Of a DNA stretch of 64,000 nt, positions 9,299 to 19,400 are shown piece by piece (position 1 is the stretch's first letter; every line of letters begins with the position of its first letter). The notes beneath the pieces are model-generated. The model saw only the letters and a program-made list of their open reading frames with translations. It made no database searches and had not been told where the DNA came from. The position numbers and the translations under genes are program-made. The DNA is from an uncultured archaeon (GTDB taxonomy: Archaea; Thermoplasmatota; Penumbrarchaeia; JASLWR01), in the NCBI GenBank assembly GCA_964342815.1, contig CAYFHS010000002.1:3079-67078 (forward strand), in the 5' to 3' direction.

Positions 9299-11394
9299 TT
9301 GAACACCCTCCCCTTGAACTCTTTTTCGCGGTCCTTAAGGTACATGGTATAACTTCCGTAGCGGTCCGAGGCTACCCGATAATCAGGCGTTACAAAAGTG
9401 CTGGTGTTCACCTGTTCGATCATGGCAGGCCCATCCACAATATTTCCATGTCTGAGATTGAAGCCGTCATACACGTTGACCTTCCGGAACTTGCGTATTC
9501 CAGGGATATAAACTTCTCTCGTACCCTTCAATGCCTTCGCCGGGTCGCTGCCGTCGAACTCCTCTTCCAGGAACTTTGGCTTGTCGGTTCTTCCTATGCA
9601 TGACAACCTCATGTTGATGAGTTCCACGGGCGTTCCTTCCTCCTCCAGCGAATACCCATAGAGCCGGTTGTGTTCCGGATGAAATCCTGTTACCAATGAC
9701 CGCAAATCGCCCTTTTCCACCGCTTCCCTTGTCACAGGCACCGTTACCTCGTGATACTGTTTTACGTATCTGAGGTCCAGTGCGAATCGATATTCGATCA
9801 TCTCCGGCGGAATATGCTCATAGGCAAGCAATCGGTTACCCTCAGCTTCCATCTCACGGAACAATTCCTGGAATCGTTCGATGTCGATCTCATCGAAACT
9901 GGCCGCATAGGTCCGTACGAAATCATGCTTCAGATCGCTCATGAGCATTCCCGCCGCGCAGAAAATAGACGATTCTTTTGGTATTATTATCACGGGTATC
10001 TCCAGCTCGTGGGCGATCTCGCAGGCGTGGATCGGCCCGGCCCCTCCCGCAACCACCAGGGGGAACTCGCGTGGGTCGAAGCCCCGTTTTACGGAAACCT
10101 CCCGCACGCCTGAAGCCATATTGGAGTTAATAACAGAATACATTCCGGCGGCAGCTTCTTCCACACTGAGGCTCAGCTTGTCAGCTATCTGCTCTTTTAT
10201 CGCCGCCCTGGCCTTGTCGTAATTGAGTGGGATCTTGCCTCCAGCAAAGAAATCCTTGTCGAGATAACCCAGTATAAGATCAGCATCGGTACAAGCGGGG
10301 TGCTCACCTCCGCGATCATAACATACTGGCCCCGGAAGGGAGCCAGCGCTCTGGGGACCCATTCTGAGAAGTCCTCCCTCGTCGATCCACCCTATGCTTC
10401 CGCCTCCCGCACCTACGGTGACGATGCCCAGCATGGGCAGTGCCAGGCGCAGGCGGTTTATCTCTCCCTCGGTGGTAACGAGAGGAGTCCGGTTCCGGAT
10501 GAGAGCTGCATCGAAACTTGTACCGCCCATGTCCACGGTAATGCAGTCATCATAGCCTTGTATGGAAGTGTATGCGATTCCTGCGACAGGACCGGCGGCA
10601 GGCCCTGAAAGAAGCGTCACTGCGGCATTGTCCATTGCGATCTCAGGCGATATCACGCCGCCATTGGACTGCATAATAAGGAGAACGCCTGAAAAACCTA
10701 TATCGTCCAGTTTTGCAGTGAGACTCAATAAATAGCTTTTTAGAATAGGTCCGACATAGCTGTTGAGAACCGTGGTGCTGATCCTGTCATAGAACCTGAT
10801 GGATGGCAGAAGATCGGCGGAGACGGTGAGATATTTGCCAGGCATCTCTTTCCGTATGATCTCAGCAGCCTGCTCCTCGTGGGTCTTGTTGGCAAATGAG
10901 TTCATGAAACAGATGGCCACGGCTTCAACATTTTCCTGAATGAAGGTTTGCACGGCTTCGCGGACATCTTCCTCGTTGAGTTCTGTGATGACGTCGCCTC
11001 TGTAATCCAGCCTTCCCTCTATTGGCTGCCTGAGATAGCGGGGTACCAGGGGTTTGACGTTGGTGTATCGATTATTGTACTGCTCTTCGCGGATACCTCT
11101 CCGCATCTCGAGGGCATCGCGGAGGCCCTTGGTGGTAAGCAAACCTGTTTTCGCCCCGGTATAGGTCAGCACGGCGTTGGTAGTGACGGTGGTGCCGTGG
11201 ACTATTATATCGACCTCTTTTATGAAATCCTCAAGTGTCATATTTCTGGTGCAGGCCATCTCGCGCAGGCCATTTAAGAGGCCCACGGAAGGGTCCCGGG
11301 GCGTGGACAGTACCTTGTAGATACTGGATGTTCCGTCATTTTCGGCAAGAAGAAAGTCGGTAAATGTTCCGCCTACGTCAATTCCGATCTTCAT
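9295..11394 (-). CDS. hyuA: Hydantoinase A / oxoprolinase (HyuA family)
   Basis: Canonical N-terminus 'MKIGIDVGGTFTDFLL' when started at the ATG at 11394. The longest ORF extends to 11463, adding 23 non-conserved residues, so I prefer the internal start. Acetate/sugar-kinase fold motifs run throughout. Confidence 0.88.
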   Translation of the reverse strand: MKIGIDVGGTFTDFLLAENDGTSSIYKVLSTPRDPSVGLLNGLREMACTRNMTLEDFIKEVDIIVHGTTVTTNAVLTYTGAKTGLLTTKGLRDALEMRRGIREEQYNNRYTNVKPLVPRYLRQPIEGRLDYRGDVITELNEEDVREAVQTFIQENVEAVAICFMNSFANKTHEEQAAEIIRKEMPGKYLTVSADLLPSIRFYDRISTTVLNSYVGPILKSYLLSLTAKLDDIGFSGVLLIMQSNGGVISPEIAMDNAAVTLLSGPAAGPVAGIAYTSIQGYDDCITVDMGGTSFDAALIRNRTPLVTTEGEINRLRLALPMLGIVTVGAGGGSIGWIDEGGLLRMGPQSAGSLPGPVCYDRGGEHPACTDADLILGYLDKDFFAGGKIPLNYDKARAAIKEQIADKLSLSVEEAAAGMYSVINSNMASGVREVSVKRGFDPREFPLVVAGGAGPIHACEIAHELEIPVIIIPKESSIFCAAGMLMSDLKHDFVRTYAASFDEIDIERFQELFREMEAEGNRLLAYEHIPPEMIEYRFALDLRYVKQYHEVTVPVTREAVEKGDLRSLVTGFHPEHNRLYGYSLEEEGTPVELINMRLSCIGRTDKPKFLEEEFDGSDPAKALKGTREVYIPGIRKFRKVNVYDGFNLRHGNIVDGPAMIEQVNTSTFVTPDYRVASDRYGSYTMYLKDREKEFKGRVFK

Positions 11395-11540
11395 TGAAAT
11401 ATCCCCGTACCGTCTCAATAGTTCGATACTATTTAATTTATTGCTGAATTTTGTAGGGCTCATCCATTTGGGGTGGGATGATAACTCGATACAAAACGTG
11501 TTTTGGATTAAAATTTGGAGGGCCTGCGAGCTTCAAGCAA

Positions 11541-11618
11541 ACGCTGGCCCGATACAAAAAAATGAATATTAAAAACAAATAGGAGGGCTTGCCCTCTGTG
11601 TCGGCGGGTCGCCGACTA
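11541..11618. repeat. Copy 1 of a conserved intergenic element: 45-nt AT-rich core 'GGCCCGATACAAAAAAATGA(A/T)TATTAAAAACAAA(T/A)AGGAGGGC' followed by two GC-rich hairpins
   Basis: Seen directly. The core matches copy 2 at 16106 with 2 mismatches in 45 nt. It is followed by hairpin A (GAGGGC-TT-GCCCTC) and hairpin B (GTCGGCG-GGT-CGCCGAC). On the minus strand the hairpins are followed by a T-rich run. Confidence 0.55.
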
Positions 11619-11652
11619 TAGATATTATTTTCACCCTGTTGCTGTTATGAAC

Positions 11653-14600
11653 TCAATCTCCATCTGTAGATTGAGACGATTCCAGAATGGGTGAAGATCC
11701 CTGAACTTCACTTTCCGGTACTATTTCTGCTGGTTCACTCGGTATAGACGAATTATGTTCGTTCTCAACCACACTTGGAGGGATTTCCTCTTTGGGTGAC
11801 TCTTCTACCGATTCGGTTGGTTCAATAATTTCATCCCCTGTACTTTTTTCTTCGGGAGATACATAATCCTGACATCCTTCACACCAGAAACATTCGTACT
11901 CCGCATAATATTGGGCGAATTGGTCGCAGGTCGGGCAAATTAGGGATGGAACATCTAACATCCTTCTTTTCACAATTTTCGTTACTACCCTTCGTCGAAC
12001 AACCTTTCGGTGGGTTTCTCTAACCGGCGTAAGTGTTGCCGCTCTCTCCGCTTTATCCGTGGTTTCTGTATCAGGAACGAACAATATATTTTTACGCTTT
12101 CTTTTTATGATGATTAGAACAATTAATACTCCAACTATCAAGGCAAATATGATAAGTGGTATAGTGATCCAGAAAGGAAGTTGAGAACTGGTGGTTGCAC
12201 TTTGTTCAGAAGTATCATCGTCCGTGTCATCATCGTCATTTGGTAGCCAAGCAGCGATAACAACAATATTCAACGTATCTGCTGCATCATTTCCCTCCTT
12301 ATCCCTTACTTTTAGGTCGATGGTGTAGTTTCCGGGGATATTGAAAACAAACGATGGCTTTGGACCGTAAAGGAGTACATTGCTATTGTTATATAGGAAT
12401 GACCATGTATAGTTCATTATTCCGACATTATCCTTGCTTCCAGTTCCGGTAAGGACTACGACGTCTCCCTCGTCAATAGTTATGTCCTCACCTGCTATAG
12501 CAGTCGGAACCGTGCTGTCTCTGACGGTCACATTGAGATGATCGCTATGCCAGTTTCCCGCTGAATCGGTGATATTTAATATTATGTAGTACGTACCGGG
12601 TTCATCGAACGTAAAGCTCGGGGACGATCCGTAAAAGTTTTTCTCTATATCGTCGAAGATAATTGTCCAGGTGTGATTAATCACTAAAACGTTATCATAG
12701 GAACCACTGCCATTTAAGCTCACCAATTGCCCCTGGTCAATAACAATGTCATTACCGGCAACGGCGACCGGGGGAGTGATATCCCGTACCGTTATATTCA
12801 GAAAATCAGCAGCCCAATTTCCCTCTTTATCGCTTATATTCAACGTAATAGGGTATATTCCAGGTATATGGAACGTGAAATCTACAACTTTTCCTTTAAG
12901 CGTTTTCTCGATTCCGTTGTAAGTAAAATTCCATATAAATTCTTCGATATCAATATTATCGCTACTGTTTGTCCCGTTAAAGGTAACCTCCTGGTGCTGG
13001 TCTATGATAATATCCACGCCTACCTGCGCAACCGGGGATATAACGTCTGTGACTAATGCTTTGGTTTCAATAGTAATTAATTTATTACTAGCATCATCAC
13101 TAACGATGAAAGAATAATTGACAGAAATTGCATACATATCAACCTTGAAATTGCCTGACCATGTATCTCCGGAAATACGTGTCAAGTGCTCAGTTTCGTA
13201 ATTCTCACCGTCGAAGGTATAATTCACATCAACCACAGTAACACCGATATTATCCTTAACATTCACAGAGATATTGAATTTCTCCCCTGTTTTAGGTATA
13301 TCCGTTGTTTCATCCTCTATTAACCATGGGGCATCATTGTCGAGGACTACCTTCTGCGGCTTGCCTGTATTGAGTATATTCCCGGCTTTGTCTGAAATAT
13401 AAAATCGATATATTAGATGGATTGCATCAGAAGGAATGGTTATGGAGGTATTCCACAAACCTTCGTTGTCAAGGTTCATGATATCGCTTTGATAGCTAAT
13501 ACTATCGAAAGTATACCTAACCGACACGCTTGTCACACCGATGTTATCGCTGGCATCTAGCAGTATTGTGTATGGATCGCCGGTTGTTGGCAACCCTATT
13601 GTTTCTTCTCTTCCAAATATAGGTTTATCATTGTCCGAAATGGTTACTATTCCTGGGTTCATTGGATCGGTGGAATATGAGTTGCCAGAGATATCATAAA
13701 TTAAAAATCCATAGTATATCACAGTGGCATTGGGACGAACGGCACCGATGGTGAATTGCCAAGCATATTGTCCCAGGTAAGACATCGACGAAGTAAGTGG
13801 ATTCTCTCCGAAATCGTAAAACCAAATTACATATACCTTGGCTGGATCCAATCCAATATTGTCCGAAAAGTGTGTGGAGAATGTCAAAGGTTCGCCGGTT
13901 GTTCCCGTACTATCCGTATCGTCACTGATGATAAATGGGATATCGTTATCGACTACTGACAAGATATCCGATATGGTCTTATTTTGATTGTTAGACGTAT
14001 CATTTACCCAGAAGTAATATTCAAACGAGAAGGCATTATCTGGAATAACGATAGTAATTGACCACATATTTTCCGTATTGTTATTTACAGACCAGTTAAA
14101 ACTTTGACCCCGATTGATGATAAAATTGAACATTAATTGGTCGACACCTATGTTTTCTGTGATGTTGATGGTGAATAACGCAGAGTCACCAGTGGTTACT
14201 GTACTGTTCCATTTCGTTCCAAACAGAGGACGATCGTTATCCCTCACATTTACTGTCCGTTTATTATTTAATATATATTTTCCAGAATTATCTATAACGG
14301 AAACATTATAGGTCAGATTTCCCAGGTCATCATGAAGGAAGATTGAACCACACCAACGACTAATTCCAAAATAATTGGTTTCACTTAAATTAAGGTTTAT
14401 ATTTCCACTTGAATTACCATGTGACCACATAATTGTAACAGTTGAAATAGTGGCATCATTTAGAATAGACAGATTAAATTCAAAACGATCCCCTGTGGTT
14501 CCATTTGAGTTGGTATAATCATTAATGAGGATAGGATATTGATTACAACTACTGGAAATTTGCGAATAATTATCATGAGCACAGGCAGTACCAGGAATTG

Positions 14601-15741
14601 TATATGAGATATTCCAAACATAACCATTATTGTTAGAATTTGGATATCTTGTTAGGTAATCCGACCAATAATTCCCTTTGTCAAAACTATTATTCCATGT
14701 GTTGTTAAAACCATTATCTTTGGCCTGTACATTATTCCCATTATTATTTTTTAAAACGTTATGATGAACAGTATTGTTTTCCCACATTCTATCGTAAAAC
14801 TGAATCCCTACACCTGTATTATTATCAATAACATTTGAAAGAATTGAGCAATGATGGGAAATATAATTATTCCTGCGACAATTTATTCCAATATCGTTAT
14901 TATTACAATAGTTATTATAAATTAAAACCATTTCACAATGATTTTCAATTATTATTCCAGAGTTAGTATTATCCATACACCGATTATTTCTAATGATGGT
15001 TTTTTCTCCCGAATAGGAATAAATACCTCCTGCACCTATATTAGAATAACAAAAGTTATTCTCAATTAAATTACATTTCGACAGGGACTCACCGATACCT
15101 CCATTATAATCATTATTCCAACAAGTGTTATTTGATATTCGATTATAGTTAGACCAATGAAGGCGTATCCCTGTTTTTTCGTTTGAAAACACACGGTTGT
15201 TATCGACGACATTATATGATGATTCCGATAACTGGAAGCCCCCATCTAAATAGATACCAAAATAGTTATGGTGCACAACACAATTAGTAATGTTATTATA
15301 ATAAGATTTTATATCAATGCCTGCATCGCGATCCGGAAGATATTGAGAACCACTATTGGTAATGTTAAAACCAGTCAAATTGACCCAATTCGCTGTAATT
15401 AGCACAACATCACCATTACCTTCAGCATCAATGATAGTATCAGACCCCCCATTGCCAATAAGTGTTAGCGTTTTATTAATCAGCACATTCTCATTATAAG
15501 TTCCCGCCCATACGTGAATTGTATCACCAGCATGAGAAGCATTTACTGCATCTTGTATTGTAGTGAAATCTTGCCCACCATCATCGTCAACAATGATGGG
15601 ATTTCCCCGAGTTCCCGACATATGAGTATCAACATGTTCTATTTTCTTGGTGGCCAAACTCTCTTTATCATATGGCATTAGGAATCCCATTGAACCCGTA
15701 AGCAGCAATGCGATCGTTACCAATACTATTATCTTTCTCAA
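11653..15741 (-). CDS. Giant surface protein: signal peptide, right-handed beta-helix (NosD/pectate-lyase-like) domain, at least five Ig-like repeats, three PKD domains, poly-Asp, TM anchor, cytoplasmic four-Cys zinc-ribbon tail
   Basis: 1362 aa. 'DDDGGQDFTTIQDAVNASHAGDTIHVWAGTYNE..LTLIGNG' is a classic parallel beta-helix start. PKD units of the type 'VAVAGNDIVIDQGQLVSLNGSGSYDN..WTI'. TM 'FWITIPLIIFALIVGVLIVLIII' (12106-12174) is followed by KRKRK. Tail 'CPTCDQFAQYYAEYECFWCEGCQDYV' at 11860-11939. Confidence 0.85.
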   Translation of the reverse strand: MRKIIVLVTIALLLTGSMGFLMPYDKESLATKKIEHVDTHMSGTRGNPIIVDDDGGQDFTTIQDAVNASHAGDTIHVWAGTYNENVLINKTLTLIGNGGSDTIIDAEGNGDVVLITANWVNLTGFNITNSGSQYLPDRDAGIDIKSYYNNITNCVVHHNYFGIYLDGGFQLSESSYNVVDNNRVFSNEKTGIRLHWSNYNRISNNTCWNNDYNGGIGESLSKCNLIENNFCYSNIGAGGIYSYSGEKTIIRNNRCMDNTNSGIIIENHCEMVLIYNNYCNNNDIGINCRRNNYISHHCSILSNVIDNNTGVGIQFYDRMWENNTVHHNVLKNNNGNNVQAKDNGFNNTWNNSFDKGNYWSDYLTRYPNSNNNGYVWNISYTIPGTACAHDNYSQISSSCNQYPILINDYTNSNGTTGDRFEFNLSILNDATISTVTIMWSHGNSSGNINLNLSETNYFGISRWCGSIFLHDDLGNLTYNVSVIDNSGKYILNNKRTVNVRDNDRPLFGTKWNSTVTTGDSALFTINITENIGVDQLMFNFIINRGQSFNWSVNNNTENMWSITIVIPDNAFSFEYYFWVNDTSNNQNKTISDILSVVDNDIPFIISDDTDSTGTTGEPLTFSTHFSDNIGLDPAKVYVIWFYDFGENPLTSSMSYLGQYAWQFTIGAVRPNATVIYYGFLIYDISGNSYSTDPMNPGIVTISDNDKPIFGREETIGLPTTGDPYTILLDASDNIGVTSVSVRYTFDSISYQSDIMNLDNEGLWNTSITIPSDAIHLIYRFYISDKAGNILNTGKPQKVVLDNDAPWLIEDETTDIPKTGEKFNISVNVKDNIGVTVVDVNYTFDGENYETEHLTRISGDTWSGNFKVDMYAISVNYSFIVSDDASNKLITIETKALVTDVISPVAQVGVDIIIDQHQEVTFNGTNSSDNIDIEEFIWNFTYNGIEKTLKGKVVDFTFHIPGIYPITLNISDKEGNWAADFLNITVRDITPPVAVAGNDIVIDQGQLVSLNGSGSYDNVLVINHTWTIIFDDIEKNFYGSSPSFTFDEPGTYYIILNITDSAGNWHSDHLNVTVRDSTVPTAIAGEDITIDEGDVVVLTGTGSKDNVGIMNYTWSFLYNNSNVLLYGPKPSFVFNIPGNYTIDLKVRDKEGNDAADTLNIVVIAAWLPNDDDDTDDDTSEQSATTSSQLPFWITIPLIIFALIVGVLIVLIIIKRKRKNILFVPDTETTDKAERAATLTPVRETHRKVVRRRVVTKIVKRRMLDVPSLICPTCDQFAQYYAEYECFWCEGCQDYVSPEEKSTGDEIIEPTESVEESPKEEIPPSVVENEHNSSIPSEPAEIVPESEVQGSSPILESSQSTDGD

Positions 15742-16105
15742 GGTCCATACCTTCTGGAGTTATTGGAAAATGCTGTCTTTTAACTAATTCGTATAATAAT
15801 AATAATACTTCCCCCTTAAATAACTTTTTATCTTTAACTTACTCTCAAATTCGCTCTTCATCTCTGCTTAATAAAGGTCTTTTAGCAAACTCATCATTTC
15901 CAAACTTTGATGCCGTTTTCATTCCATTATTTTGCATAACGGTTCAGGTATATCTGAAGTCGTCGCAGGGGGATTTGGGCGAAGCCGGATACGCAATGTT
16001 ATTTCAGCTAATGAACAACCTAGATTTGCCTACTGTCGTTCCATTAAATTAAAGAGACTCTACGAAACAAGTTTCGTCTGTACCTGTAGGAAACAGTATG
16101 TTTCC

Positions 16106-16187
16106 GAGGGCGCAGGCCCGATACAAAAAAATGATTATTAAAAACAAAAAGGAGGGCGGTCCGCCTTCATGGTCGGTGGTTTGCCGA
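16106..16187. repeat. Copy 2 of the conserved intergenic element (AT-rich core plus two hairpins)
   Basis: Same 45-nt core as at 11541. Hairpins differ in sequence but keep their pairing (GGCGG-TC-CGCC; GGTCGG-TGGTTTG-CCGACC), which is compensatory change. Confidence 0.55.
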
Positions 16188-16400
16188 CCAGAATCGAGAA
16201 ACATATCATTCTGGTAGCTTCGAAGAAGAACATCGCAAGGGGGAAAGTATCGAGGGACAACACAGGCAGATAAATAGATGTCATTCTCCAGGGTTTAATC
16301 AAGCAATTTTCAACAAACTAAAGATTTTCTAAAAAACATGGTGAGATAGAAAGTTATAAAAATGTAAAAAATGTCTAATAACGAATACTGGTGAGTATAC

Positions 16401-19400
16401 ATGTATCCAAAAAACACTGTTACCATAACGTTGATTCTAATGCTCGTTTGTAACGCGGTGTTCGCCATGACAACTTCAAATATTTTCGAAAAAAAGACTG
16501 TGTGTAATGGAACCTCCGATCGTGTGGAGAGTTATGGTGAAATCCTGAGTACAAGGTTTGCAGGGGGTGATGGATCGGTGGGAAATCCATACCAGATATC
16601 AAATGTGACACATCTTCAGAACATGAATACGAACGAAAGTGCTCACTATGTTCTCATCAATGACATCAACGCAACGGAGACGGCAAGCTGGAACAACGGT
16701 GATGGGTTCGACCCAGTAGGAAATAATGTGAATAGATTCACAGGAAGTCTGGACGGAAAAGGCTATAAAATATACTATCTCACCATCAACCGTCCTTCTG
16801 AAGACAATACTGGTCGGTTCAGGTTTATAGAAGGGAGTGTTTCCAATTTAACTCTAATAGGGAATAACATTCTAGGAAACTACTATGTCGGTGGATTGGC
16901 GGGATCCATATACTCGGGTAGTATTAACAATTCGTTCAGTACAGGGAACGTGAGCGGTTATTCCTATATCGGTGGGCTTGTTGGATATAGCTACCGCGGC
17001 ATCGTGGATAACAGCTATATAACCGGTAACGTGAATGGAAGCAGTTTCATCGGCGGTCTCGTCGGTTCCAACAACGGCATCGTGAAGAACAGCTACGTAA
17101 CCGGTAACTTGAGCGGGATAGGTTCTCGTATCGGCGGTCTCGTCGGACGTAACCGCTATGGCTCCGTGGAGAACTGCCACGCGATTGGTAACGTTAGCGG
17201 AGATGAGGATATCGGCGGTCTCGTTGGACAAAACTATTACGGCTCTGTAGAGAACTCCTATGCCACCAGCAACGTGAGCGGGAACAAGAATGTTGGCGGT
17301 CTCGTTGGGTCCAGCGACCATGGCTTCGTGGAGAACTCCTTCTATTGTATCAATTACACGATAGTAAACGGAAAAAACCTTCTTGCACCATATGGTATAT
17401 ACATGAAACAATTTGACGATTGGATCGGTGACGGCAAGACCATCGACATCGATGATCACATGCAACAGATACCCGGAAAAAATTACTATAAAATTTCAAG
17501 TATAGCCGACATAAAGACTATGCTTTCCTTTACAAAAGATAACCATAAGTTCAGACAGACCGCCAATATAGATTTATCCTTGGAACCTGGCTTATACATA
17601 CCTGTTTTCTCTGCTGGGGAATACGATGGAAACGGGTTCCTGATCTCGAACATGAATTTGTCGATCAATTATAATGACCGCATAGGACTTTTTGGTATGG
17701 TTGGTAGTAATACACAGATATCAAATGTTTCTTTGATCGATGTCGACATAACCGGTAACGACTATGTCGGCGCTCTCGTCGGTTACAACTACGGCTCAGT
17801 GTCAGACAGCTATGCAACTGGCAGCGGGAGGGGTAACGACTATATCGGCGGTCTCGTCGGATACCACGTCGAAGGCTCCGTGGAGAACAGCTACGCAGCC
17901 GGCAGCGTGGGCGGGAACGACCGTGTTGGTGGTCTTGTGGGAGACAACCACGACGGCTCCGTGGAGAACAGCTACGCAACTGGCAGCGTGAGTGGGAAAG
18001 ACCAGATTGGTGGGCTCATTGGAAAGAACGGCGGCTCTGTTAAGAACTGCTATGCAACCGACAACGTGAGCGGGAACGATCGTGTTGGTGGGCTCATTGG
18101 AAAGAACGGCGGCTCCGTCAAGAACAGCTACACAACCGGCAACGTGAGCGGGGAAGACCAGATAGGTGGGCTCGTGGGAATTAACGATGAGGGCGCGGTG
18201 ATGAACTGCAATGCCACCGGAAACGTCAACGGTAGAGGTGATAATGTAGGTGGGCTCGTGGGAGGGAATAACTACGGTATCGTAGAGGAGAGTAGTGCAA
18301 TTGGGGCAGTTAATGGCAATATAAGTATAGGTGGTCTCGTGGGAATTAATTACGGCAAGGTAGAGAACTGCTTTGCTACCGGTGCAGTTAGCGGTAGTAT
18401 AAAAATAGGTGGACTAATTGGATATAACGGGGGAAAAGCTGTGAAATGTTACGCCTCAGGCAGTGTTAGTGGGATTGGTAGTAAAATTGGAGGGTTTGTA
18501 GGGGAAAACCGAAACGGCGAGGTGTTCAGATGCTACGCAACTGGTAGTGTGTCTGGAGATCATGAAATTGGGGGACTCGTAGGATTCAACCGAAATAGCA
18601 AGGTGCTTGGCTGCTACTCTATAGGCCGTGTCATTGGGGAGTCTGAACTTGGCGGTCTTATTGGAGAAAACAGAGATGGTACCGTCTTAGCCTCCTTCTG
18701 GGATAACCAAACTTCGGGACAGTCCACAAGCTACGGAGGTACAGGAATGAACACGACTCGGATGATGACCAAGAAAATCTTTATGGATGCCTACTGGGAT
18801 TTTGTTTCCATCTGGAATATTATAGAAAGTTCATCATATCCTTATCTACGTTCATTTGATTACCTGAATATTATAACATCTAATGACGAGGTTACCTATG
18901 AGGATAATATTTACCGCATGGATTATGATGCCATTTCTCTAGTACCGGGAAATCCTCCACTTTCATGGCATCTATCTACAAATGCTAGTGAATGGCTCAA
19001 GATCGATAAGGATGGGGTTCTTGAGGGAATACCGTTAAACGACGATGTGGGAACATACTGGGTGAAGGTCTCAGCAGTACATAATGCGGATACTTTAGAT
19101 TTCACAAACTTTACTCTTACAGTTAACAATACGAATGATGCTCCCGAGATAATAACAGCTCCAACAAAGGTGATCTACGAAGATAGTCCCTTTTTTTCAG
19201 ATTACAGCGCGATAGATGTCGATCCCACATTTGATGAATTATACTGGTTTTTTGAGTCCAACGCACCCTTTTTAATATTCAATAATTCAACAGGAAATCT
19301 ATCGGGGACGCCAGCCAATTCCGATGTGGGTCTCTGGTGGGTGAACATCTCCGTGGAGGATGGAAAGGGCGGGAACGAGTTCAAGAATTATACCCTTACT

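Noticed and set aside
16872-17979. Minus-strand ORFs (197 aa and 104 aa) inside the GLUG repeat region. I briefly considered an overlapping gene.
   Set aside because: Repetitive sense-strand coding sequence generates long antisense open frames. Their translations (runs of His/Arg/Ser and 'VTGY' repeats) mirror the sense repeat and have no independent support.
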